From: Hydrurus foetidus | Taxonomy: Eukaryota | DNA: 64,000 nt | Assembly (NCBI GenBank): GCA_900617105.1 | Contig: UYFQ01000035.1 | Span: forward strand, 1-64,000 | Direction of reading: 5' to 3' | Shown here: positions 35,901 through 47,900 of the stretch, piece after piece | How positions within the stretch are numbered: the stretch's first letter is position 1 | How the letters are laid out: each line of letters starts with the position of its first letter | The notes under the pieces: model-generated | The model's database searches: none | What the model was told of the DNA's origin: nothing | The model's input: the letters and a program-made list of their open reading frames with translations, nothing else | Made by a program: the position numbers and the translations under genes

Positions 35901-38900
35901 ACAATATCTCCATCAGATGTGACATCGTCGGTACCATCATCGATGCCTTCATCCTCGTCTCCCACACCACGTCCCACAATATCTCCATCAGATGTGACAT
36001 CGTCGGTACCATCATCGATGCCTTCATCCTCGTCTCCCACACCACGTCCCACAATATCTCCATCAGATGTGACATCGTCGGTACCATCATCGATGCCTTC
36101 ATCCTCGTCTCCCACACCACGTCCCACAATATCTCCATCAGATGTGACATCGTCGGTACCATCATCGATGCCTTCATCCTCGTCTCCCACACCACGTCCC
36201 ACAATATCTCCATCAGATGTGACATCGTCGGTACCATCATCGATGCCTTCATCCTCGTCTCCCACACCACGTCCCACAATATCTCCATCAGATGTGACAT
36301 CGTCGGTACCATCATCGATGCCTTCATCCTCGTCTCCCACACCACGTCCCACAATATCTCCATCAGATGTGACATCGTCGGTACCATCATCGATGCCTTC
36401 ATCCTCGTCTCCCACACCACGTCCCACAATATCTCCATCAGATGTGACATCGTCGGTACCATCATCGATGCCTTCATCCTCGTCTCCCACACCACGTCCC
36501 ACAATATCTCCATCAGATGTGACATCGTCGGTACCATCATCGATGCCTTCATCCTCGTCTCCCACACCACGTCCCACAATATCTCCATCAGATGTGACAT
36601 CGTCGGTACCATCATCGATGCCTTCATCCTCGTCTCCCACACCACGTCCCACAATATCTCCATCAGATGTGACATCGTCGGTACCATCATCGATGCCTTC
36701 ATCCTCGTCTCCCACACCACGTCCCACAATATCTCCATCAGATGTGACATCGTCGGTACCATCATCGATGCCTTCATCCTCGTCTCCCACACCACGTCCC
36801 ACAATATCTCCATCAGATGTGACATCGTCGGTACCATCATCGATGCCTTCATCCTCGTCTCCCACACCACGTCCCACAATATCTCCATCAGATGTGACAT
36901 CGTCGGTACCATCATCGATGCCTTCATCCTCGTCTCCCACACCACGTCCCACAATATCTCCATCAGATGTGACATCGTCGGTACCATCATCGATGCCTTC
37001 ATCCTCGTCTCCCACACCACGTCCCACAATATCTCCATCAGATGTGACATCGTCGGTACCATCATCGATGCCTTCATCCTCGTCTCCCACACCACGTCCC
37101 ACAATATCTCCATCAGATGTGACATCGTCGGTACCATCATCGATGCCTTCATCCTCGTCTCCCACACCACGTCCCACAATATCTCCATCAGATGTGACAT
37201 CGTCGGTACCATCATCGATGCCTTCATCCTCGTCTCCCACACCACGTCCCACAATATCTCCATCAGATGTGACATCGTCGGTACCATCATCGATGCCTTC
37301 ATCCTCGTCTCCCACACCACGTCCCACAATATCTCCATCAGATGTGACATCGTCGGTACCATCATCGATGCCTTCATCCTCGTCTCCCACACCACGTCCC
37401 ACAATATCTCCATCAGATGTGACATCGTCGGTACCATCATCGATGCCTTCATCCTCGTCTCCCACACCACGTCCCACAATATCTCCATCAGATGTGACAT
37501 CGTCGGTACCATCATCGATGCCTTCATCCTCGTCTCCCACACCACGTCCCACAATATCTCCATCAGATGTGACATCGTCGGTACCATCATCGATGCCTTC
37601 ATCCTCGTCTCCCACACCACGTCCCACAATATCTCCATCAGATGTGACATCGTCGGTACCATCATCGATGCCTTCATCCTCGTCTCCCACACCACGTCCC
37701 ACAATATCTCCATCAGATGTGACATCGTCGGTACCATCATCGATGCCTTCATCCTCGTCTCCCACACCACGTCCCACAATATCTCCATCAGATGTGACAT
37801 CGTCGGTACCATCATCGATGCCTTCATCCTCGTCTCCCACACCACGTCCCACAATATCTCCATCAGATGTGACATCGTCGGTACCATCATCGATGCCTTC
37901 ATCCTCGTCTCCCACACCACGTCCCACAATATCTCCATCAGATGTGACATCGTCGGTACCATCATCGATGCCTTCATCCTCGTCTCCCACACCACGTCCC
38001 ACAATATCTCCATCAGATGTGACATCGTCGGTACCATCATCGATGCCTTCATCCTCGTCTCCCACACCACGTCCCACAATATCTCCATCAGATGTGACAT
38101 CGTCGGTACCATCATCGATGCCTTCATCCTCGTCTCCCACACCACGTCCCACAATATCTCCATCAGATGTGACATCGTCGGTACCATCATCGATGCCTTC
38201 ATCCTCGTCTCCCACACCACGTCCCACAATATCTCCATCAGATGTGACATCGTCGGTACCATCATCGATGCCTTCATCCTCGTCTCCCACACCACGTCCC
38301 ACAATATCTCCATCAGATGTGACATCGTCGGTACCATCATCGATGCCTTCATCCTCGTCTCCCACACCACGTCCCACAATATCTCCATCAGATGTGACAT
38401 CGTCGGTACCATCATCGATGCCTTCATCCTCGTCTCCCACACCACGTCCCACAATATCTCCATCAGATGTGACATCGTCGGTACCATCATCGATGCCTTC
38501 ATCCTCGTCTCCCACACCACGTCCCACAATATCTCCATCAGATGTGACATCGTCGGTACCATCATCGATGCCTTCATCCTCGTCTCCCACACCACGTCCC
38601 ACAATATCTCCATCAGATGTGACATCGTCGGTACCATCATCGATGCCTTCATCCTCGTCTCCCACACCACGTCCCACAATATCTCCATCAGATGTGACAT
38701 CGTCGGTACCATCATCGATGCCTTCATCCTCGTCTCCCACACCACGTCCCACAATATCTCCATCAGATGTGACATCGTCGGTACCATCATCGATGCCTTC
38801 ATCCTCGTCTCCCATCCCAGATGTGACATCGTCGGTACCATCATCGATGCCTTCATCCTCGTCTCCCACACCACGTCCCACAATATCTCCATCAGATGTG

Positions 38901-41900
38901 ACATCGTCGGTACCATCATCGATGCCTTCATCCTCGTCTCCCACACCACGTCCCACAATATCTCCATCAGATGTGACATCGTCGGTACCATCATCGATGC
39001 CTTCATCCTCGTCTCCCACACCACGTCCCACAATATCTCCATCAGATGTGACATCGTCGGTACCATCATCGATGCCTTCATCCTCGTCTCCCACACCACG
39101 TCCCACAATATCTCCATCAGATGTGACATCGTCGGTACCATCATCGATGCCTTCATCCTCGTCTCCCACACCACGTCCCACAATATCTCCATCAGATGTG
39201 ACATCGTCGGTACCATCATCGATGCCTTCATCCTCGTCTCCCACACCACGTCCCACAATATCTCCATCAGATGTGACATCGTCGGTACCATCATCGATGC
39301 CTTCATCCTCGTCTCCCACACCACGTCCCACAATATCTCCATCAGATGTGACATCGTCGGTACCATCATCGATGCCTTCATCCTCGTCTCCCACACCACG
39401 TCCCACAATATCTCCATCAGATGTGACATCGTCGGTACCATCATCGATGCCTTCATCCTCGTCTCCCACACCACGTCCCACAATATCTCCATCAGATGTG
39501 ACATCGTCGGTACCATCATCGATGCCTTCATCCTCGTCTCCCACACCACGTCCCACAATATCTCCATCAGATGTGACATCGTCGGTACCATCATCGATGC
39601 CTTCATCCTCGTCTCCCACACCACGTCCCACAATATCTCCATCAGATGTGACATCGTCGGTACCATCATCGATGCCTTCATCCTCGTCTCCCACACCACG
39701 TCCCACAATATCTCCATCAGATGTGACATCGTCGGTACCATCATCGATGCCTTCATCCTCGTCTCCCACACCACGTCCCACAATATCTCCATCAGATGTG
39801 ACATCGTCGGTACCATCATCGATGCCTTCATCCTCGTCTCCCACACCACGTCCCACAATATCTCCATCAGATGTGACATCGTCGGTACCATCATCGATGC
39901 CTTCATCCTCGTCTCCCACACCACGTCCCACAATATCTCCATCAGATGTGACATCGTCGGTACCATCATCGATGCCTTCATCCTCGTCTCCCACACCACG
40001 TCCCACAATATCTCCATCAGATGTGACATCGTCGGTACCATCATCGATGCCTTCATCCTCGTCTCCCACACCACGTCCCACAATATCTCCATCAGATGTG
40101 ACATCGTCGGTACCATCATCGATGCCTTCATCCTCGTCTCCCACACCACGTCCCACAATATCTCCATCAGATGTGACATCGTCGGTACCATCATCGATGC
40201 CTTCATCCTCGTCTCCCACACCACGTCCCACAATATCTCCATCAGATGTGACATCGTCGGTACCATCATCGATGCCTTCATCCTCGTCTCCCACACCACG
40301 TCCCACAATATCTCCATCAGATGTGACATCGTCGGTACCATCATCGATGCCTTCATCCTCGTCTCCCACACCACGTCCCACAATATCTCCATCAGATGTG
40401 ACATCGTCGGTACCATCATCGATGCCTTCATCCTCGTCTCCCACACCACGTCCCACAATATCTCCATCAGATGTGACATCGTCGGTACCATCATCGATGC
40501 CTTCATCCTCGTCTCCCACACCACGTCCCACAATATCTCCATCAGATGTGACATCGTCGGTACCATCATCGATGCCTTCATCCTCGTCTCCCACACCACG
40601 TCCCACAATATCTCCATCAGATGTGACATCGTCGGTACCATCATCGATGCCTTCATCCTCGTCTCCCACACCACGTCCCACAATATCTCCATCAGATGTG
40701 ACATCGTCGGTACCATCATCGATGCCTTCATCCTCGTCTCCCACACCACGTCCCACAATATCTCCATCAGATGTGACATCGTCGGTACCATCATCGATGC
40801 CTTCATCCTCGTCTCCCACACCACGTCCCACAATATCTCCATCAGATGTGACATCGTCGGTACCATCATCGATGCCTTCATCCTCGTCTCCCACACCACG
40901 TCCCACAATATCTCCATCAGATGTGACATCGTCGGTACCATCTGCCACGCCTTCACCTTCAGTTGTTCCCGTAGACGTCATCGAGTTGATAAGCGTGAGT
41001 TCAATTGCGGTAACTTCGAAAACTCGTAGTGCTATCAATCTAGTAGTATCTCTGGCTAGTACGGAGATGACTTCCGGTAAAGCGATAGGGGGGAAATTGT
41101 ACTGCACAGCGTTGCTCGATGACATTTCTCCCTCTTCTATCGGAGCCATCAAGTCGTCTCTGTTTGACGGGATGTCATCCAGGGGCTCCTCCGTGTCCGT
41201 TCCTACTGGCTCCTCCTATCCTCTCACACTACCACTGAGCATAGCCGGTCTCTCTGCTGTGCAGGGATACTCTGTCTACTGTTACGCAGAGACTTCCATG
41301 GGCAATGGTGTGGCTCTTGAGAGGGTGAAGAGTGTGAGAGCTTTCGTGACCACCGCTTGCTGTAGAAGCGTTACATTCACCAATGCTCCAGCATACGTGT
41401 ACTTGGATGTGCAGAAGTACAACTCATCCAGCTCTGCTCTGTTCGTATTCTCGTTTAGCTTACCCAGTTCCCCCGCATCTACAATGGTGGTCACCCCCAC
41501 TATCTATCAAAATGGATCCATTTCGAAATCCATCTTTGCCTATCCGCAGACGATCCAGATCAGAGCAAATGCTGCGCCATCGGGACAATTCTATCTTACA
41601 GGGAGTCCGAATGTAGCTGCCGACTGCACTGTGTTCCTCTCCCTCACAGGATCCGATGCAAATCTGTACGAGAGCACAAGTGTTGCTGTGAAGGTACTCC
41701 GCTCTTTCTCTCTCCCACCCGCCCCCTCCATGTCCACTGTGCGTCTCTCCGACAGTGGTGATGCCATCCTAGTCACCCTCGACTCAAACACAGATAGGGC
41801 CAACATCGCTACCCCCTCCTGGCCGTGCTCTGAACTGTTCCGCACAGTCGGTGTGACATTCGCCACGTGCACATGGCTCAGTGAGAGCGTTGTTAGCGTG

Positions 41901-44900
41901 TCCTTTCCAAGGATCACCACTGCGTCAAGTGCAGTGACGTATGCCAAGGCAGGAGACACCTTCACTCTATTAGGGGGACTGCTTCGACCTCTGTGCACTG
42001 GCAGCACAGACTCTTGTGCGGAGTACCCAGCGGCTAGAACATCTTCAAAGAACATTCTGCAGCCAGTCAACCCTGTCACACCATCTGCCACAGTCAGTGC
42101 GGCTACTGCCATCGGTCTATGCGCGAACCTGATCTTGGATGCCACTGGTTCTACTGGACAGGGGTACAACGCATTCGCATCTGTCGCATGGACCGTCTCC
42201 GCCATTCCATCAGTCAACACCACTGCAGTTGAGAAATACCTAAACGCCTACAGCGCAGAATTCCAAGTATCCAGACCAATCATCATCATGCGGAGAATGC
42301 TCAAAGACGCGACTTACACCTTCACGCTCCAACTCGTCAACAGCTTCAATCTCATCTCCTCGAAATCTGTGAAGGTGGCGGTGATGAGCGATGCTCTTAT
42401 TCCCGCCTTCAGCATTGTAGGAGCTGCCTATCAGACCATGTACGCCACATCCACCATGTACATAAATTGTGCAGCTCACCCTTCGGTCTGTCCCGGGGCT
42501 GTTGCTACTTGGACTTACAAGTGGGAGGTAATGCTAGAAGGCGTGAAGACGTCTCTACAGTCCATGAGTAGGGACCCTACTACGTTCCAACCCCGCCCCC
42601 ACTCCTTCCAAGTGGACAAGACCTACACCGTGACAGTCACTGCCTTCACCGGCAACCGCTCATCATCCGCGTCTGTTCAGGTGTATGTGGCCCATGGCAA
42701 TGTGACAGCTGCAGTGGTGGGAGGGTACATGAGATCGGTTCCTGTGGATAAAGATCTTCTTCTTGACGCCTCCATATCTGCCGATGCTGACACTCCACCT
42801 GGCGTTCCCTCATCTTTATCGTTCAAGGTGATTCAAACGAGCGTTCTACTTTGCTAACACTGTGTATCATGTCACATACGTCATCACTAACAAGTTCAAT
42901 GTACTTATCCTTCTTCGCTCTACCTCCATCTGCGCATGTACCTGTATAGAATTCATCACTCTTAACCATATTCCCTGTATTTGCGTTTGTGATATTCACA
43001 GTGGAGCTGCGCCATAGCGACCTTGTCGAGACTCGGAGAGCAGTGCGGTGTGTTCAACAACACCAATCTCCTCCTCAACTCCCTCCTCATTCCCAGATAC
43101 ACCCTGTCGCCGAACGTCACGTACGCATTCTCAGTGCTCGTCACGGCACCTGATGGTCGGTCAGACACTCGGAAGGTGTTGGTGTCTCCATCGTACGGAC
43201 AGAGCGTGCAGCTGTCTATCACCTCCACATTCGAGAAGTTCAATCCTGAAGCCAAACTGACAATCACTGGTAACCTTCGCGCCTTGTCAGCTGTGACGTC
43301 ATTCTGGACCGTGTACTCTTCCTATGGTGCTCCCATAGAGTACAACTCGCTCACACCTCGAAACGTGGAGTTCTCTCTGTCTAGCCGTATCGCATATCCG
43401 CTAAGCATCGCTGGAGGCACGTTCATGGGTGGTAACTCGTACTCCTTCCGCCTCACGGCATATCCTAAAGGACTCCCCCAGTTCGCTACATACAGTGAGA
43501 TACAGCTCATGGCTAACTCACCGCCTAGAGGGGGTTACCTCTATGTGGAACCCAATACTGGTAGCGCGCTGGTGACACTGTTTTTCATCTCCAGCCCTGG
43601 ATGGACAGCTGACTCGGACTGTCTGCCACTGCGCTACTCCTTCACCTACAGAGTGTCTGCATCGTCTGGGTACCTCTCACTAGCAGCAGGGACCCAAAGG
43701 GACTACACTAGGTCCACTCTACCGGCCGGGCTACCCGTGACTGGTCACCTCGTGACCATGCAGGGGCAAGCGACTGACATGCTCAACTCTTCAAACACCG
43801 CCTTGTCCTCTGTCACTGTTATCCTCAATGCGAACACGAACACGACACGCATATTATCGATATCACTCAACAAAGCTTTCTCAACCGGTGATATGAGTCT
43901 CGCCTACCAGTCAGTGAACAGTGCAGCCACCACCATCAGCACGGCTGACTGCTCTGCGTCTCCTAACTGCACCGCACTTAACAGAGAGCACTGCTTCAGA
44001 ACAGCTGGCAGCTGTGGTCCTTGTCTGGACGGATTCATAGGTACCCTACTCCTATTTCTATTTCTATTTCTATTTCGCTGATTAATCAGTAGAGCTATGT
44101 GGTATCTTGTGCTGTACAGTAAGTGACATGTCTTGTCTTGTCTTGTCTTTCTATCCAGGCATTGACGGTGACTCCAACACGAGGTGTGTCGCATCTACCG
44201 ACACCATAGCGGGTGCGAGTGGCGCCATCGGCTCGAGATGCACCGCTGACCGGGATTGCCTCTATTACCGATGCGAGAGTGGCGTGTGCACAGCGCCGAT
44301 ACTGCTATGTCCCACAGCTGTACTAGGTAAACTTCTGTGCGTACATCTTAGTGGGTCTGATTGGTCATCCATCCTATGCACTTTCACCACACAATGCATC
44401 GGCCTGCTTTATACTTCACCTCACTCACTTACTTGTGCAGGATCTGTGTGCTCGGGGAATGGTGCGTGTCGCCACACCGACCCATCGGGCAACGCACTGA
44501 CATCCTGCACCATGTCTGACGTGCACTGTTCTGCTGTGTGTGTCTGCGGCAGTGGATACGGAGGGAGGGACTGTTCCCTGGATGCTGCCTCCTTTGCTGC
44601 GAGGAATGCCGTCAGGTAGGAACACATTAGATGCTAGTTAAGATATTTAGACGGGGCGATTCCCAACCCTCTCTAACCGATTTGGTGTCTCTTGTCTACC
44701 ACCTGTCTCTGTTTCTCTATGTTTTACTGATTATCTGTCTGTCTTTGCTCGCATTCGACCAACTGCATAATTGTCCATCTCTCTCCCTCTCTGTCTTCCT
44801 CAGGACCCAACTGTGCCAAGCCATAGTCACTGTAGCAGATAAGCAGGATAGGTCTCCACCCCTGCTGAAGTCCCTCGTGAACTCTCTACTAACTTCTTTT

Positions 44901-47900
44901 TCCTCCTATGAGATCACCAATGAGACCGGTCGGTCCTCATGCTCAGCCGCTCTGATGCGTACAGTGGATCTGTCCAAGAGGGGGTACCTAGCTGGCAACA
45001 CAGAGGTGGCCCGATCACTAGCCAACCTCATATCCTCCTACACTGTCGTGAACAATGTGTCTCTACCGGATGCACAGGAGGGGTACACACGGTATCCGGT
45101 GAACAAAGCGGTACGTGCGTTTCAAGTGATGTCACATATTCTGCCTCATTCTTCCACTCTACCTTGAGTGTCGCCTGACAGCAATGTATGACTACCTCTT
45201 GGTATCCACTTAGCGATGGCTACTAGAAATGAATGACTGAACTCTTATCTCACCACAACTGCACTGCACTGCAATAAAACAGATCAGAAGCTTGGTAGAG
45301 GGTGTGCAGCGCTACATGGCAGCCGGTGAGAGCACTGTGCTTCTAACAAGTCCTAACATGGAGATATCAGTGACAAGCACTCTCGTCACCAACAGCGCCA
45401 ACATCACCCTCGTAGCGACTCCTACTGCTTCTCAACGCGCTGTAGGACAGATCAAGCCCAAAGTGACTCTTGGCCCTAGAGGACTGACTCAGTGTTTGTA
45501 TGTTGGATCGTACGTGTACGTGACACTAGTGGAGTGGGGCACCAACCCGTACGCGGACTCGAGATCCGTCAAGAGTCCGTTGTTACGACTGTCTAGTGTG
45601 GCTCAAGCAACCGATGTGATAGCTCCCTCCTCTCAGATCACAACACAAGGAGAAGGAGATGGAAAGGGAGAGGGAGAAGACAGGAACACCTACACACTAC
45701 CAGGTGTTCCCGCATACACCCTCACTATCCAGTACTCTTCCATCCAGAACTTCAGTTTCTCAGCAGGTGCCGCACACAACACAGCTATTAGGAGCAGATT
45801 GAACTACACCTTGCCCGCCTGCAAGCAGTACGATGGCACTGCATACGTGCCGTGCAAGGGGTGTAACATCTCCTCGTACACGAACTACAACGTAACGTAC
45901 AGCTGCTACGACATCACACAGCTGTGCCCTAAGGGGATCACACGGAGGGGGAGAAGTCTGAGCGTTGAAAGTAATAATGATGATGAAGATGGTGATGACG
46001 ATGTTGTAGTGTTGAAGGGTACAGAGGAGTTAGACACGCTGCAGAGGAGACACCTGGCAGACATCGATGACATTACAGTTCCGACCACCTATGGGGTACT
46101 GGTGGATAATGTGCTGGCAGAGTTTAGCTCCGTACTCTCCGCCAATCCGTTTGCACGACTGCCCTCTCCTGTGGTGCTGACATTCATTGGCTGTCTCTCT
46201 GGATTCATCTTCATCATGCTGCTGTACTTATTGCGCAAAGATGAGGACGAGAAGATGTTCAAGAGCTACGTCAAGGCAGAAGGCAATTTGAAGGCGAGAA
46301 AGCTACTTGCAGAGGATATCAGGACGGGCAGCAAAGGGGACAGGGGAGCTATGTACCGCCACCACCTGTCTACATGTCGCAAGGAGAGCCAGGGGAGCAC
46401 AGTGATGAGCAGCCTGAGTCGCACGAGTAGAGCAGTCACTGACTCGTGGTACAAGAAAGGCAGCACATCGACTAAGTACCCCTCTATCTTCGACTCGTCT
46501 TACTACCCCTCAAATTTCGACTGCGGCAGCGACATAGAGGGTGACTACGACGACGAATCAGACACCGCTAGCTGTGAAGAACAGTTCACAGACGACAAGC
46601 ACTGCGCCACAGAAGCCACGGTCACGGAGTTCCTCTACAAGCTTTTTCCTGGATATGCGATATTCTCGAAGAAAACGAGTGTGTTGAACCTCGTATTCGT
46701 GAACCACGACTACTTCAAGATGTTCGGGGGGTCCAACATGGGTAGAACCAGAACCGTCAGATTCCTGCAATTAGTCACAGTCGTGTTAGTGAGTCTGTTC
46801 GCAGACACGTTGTTCTTCGGTGTCATGTACCCCTCTGACGTGTGCGAAGTGCACCGAAATCAGGTGATGAGTTTTGGATTACTTCCTGTACCGCTGATCG
46901 CTGAGAGAGGATTGCTCTCTACAACCAACACCAGAGTTGACCTCCATGTTTTATGTCTGTATACAGCACAGTACTGTTCTGTACTGTACTGCACTGTGCT
47001 GTACTGTACTATCCTATCTCATCTTATACTATACGATACTGCTCTACTATACTACACCACACTATACTACACTACACTAACTCTTCTGAATCTCTTCACC
47101 GACGTCACAGGTGGCTTGCACGGACGCCCTGTCTAACGTACAGTCCAATGTGTCTCTGTGCAACTGGAGTGCTAAAGACCTTACCTGTACTCTCGCACCC
47201 CCACCTGACGATCCGATCTTCATCATCGTAGTGGCGCTGCTCATCATCGTAATCAGCATCCCCATCACCGCCCTCATTCTGTTCATCCTCATGCGATATG
47301 CCTGCAAGCAGCCCAAGAAGAGGGAGCTTGACTTGGAGGAGACACACAGGGCCATCAGCAGGGCAGAGCAGTCAGATAGAGGCAGTGCACTGCACATACA
47401 GAGGATCACAGGAAAGGAGTTCAGCTTCGCCAATCAGTCCAGCTTCGGTAAGGCCATATCGAGGGGGGTCACAGGAGAGAGGGCGGAGGCCTTCTCTTCT
47501 TCTTCAGAGTCCGCCTACTTAGCGTACGCAGGTGCGTGCAGATGGAAACGGAAATCAAATTGCTGTGCCATCTCTCTCATCGCATCGCATCTTATCCTGT
47601 GCATTCATAGCGTGGTGTGGTGCCTCCTGTGTATCTCTTATCTCCTTTCATCCCTTCTCAATATATTTTAATTTATCATGTTTTTTTATTTCATCTTGTT
47701 TTGTTTAATCTTCAATGGGCTCCATGCTCTTTCATGGGACCTTCTTCTACCCCATCCTCACTTCTCTTGTTTTCTCCTCTAGTCTTGTCTCCTCTCATCT
47801 CGTCTCAACTAGTCACTAATCGTTTGTTCCGCCTATGTCATCACTTTAGAACTGCTTTCTCCTGCCGAAGAGGCAGACGCGATTCTGGAGAGAGTGAGAA

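Noticed and set aside
13721..41152. Huge alternative-frame and antisense ORFs (His/Arg-rich, GD-rich, MEILW..., IRCDIV...)
   Set aside because: These are by-products of stop-free repeat units with length divisible by 3. Only the P/S/T frame connects to unique coding sequence on both sides.
46965..47080. TACTG/TACTA-rich extension of ORF 45292-47136
   Set aside because: This is intronic simple sequence; the exon ends at the donor at 46863.
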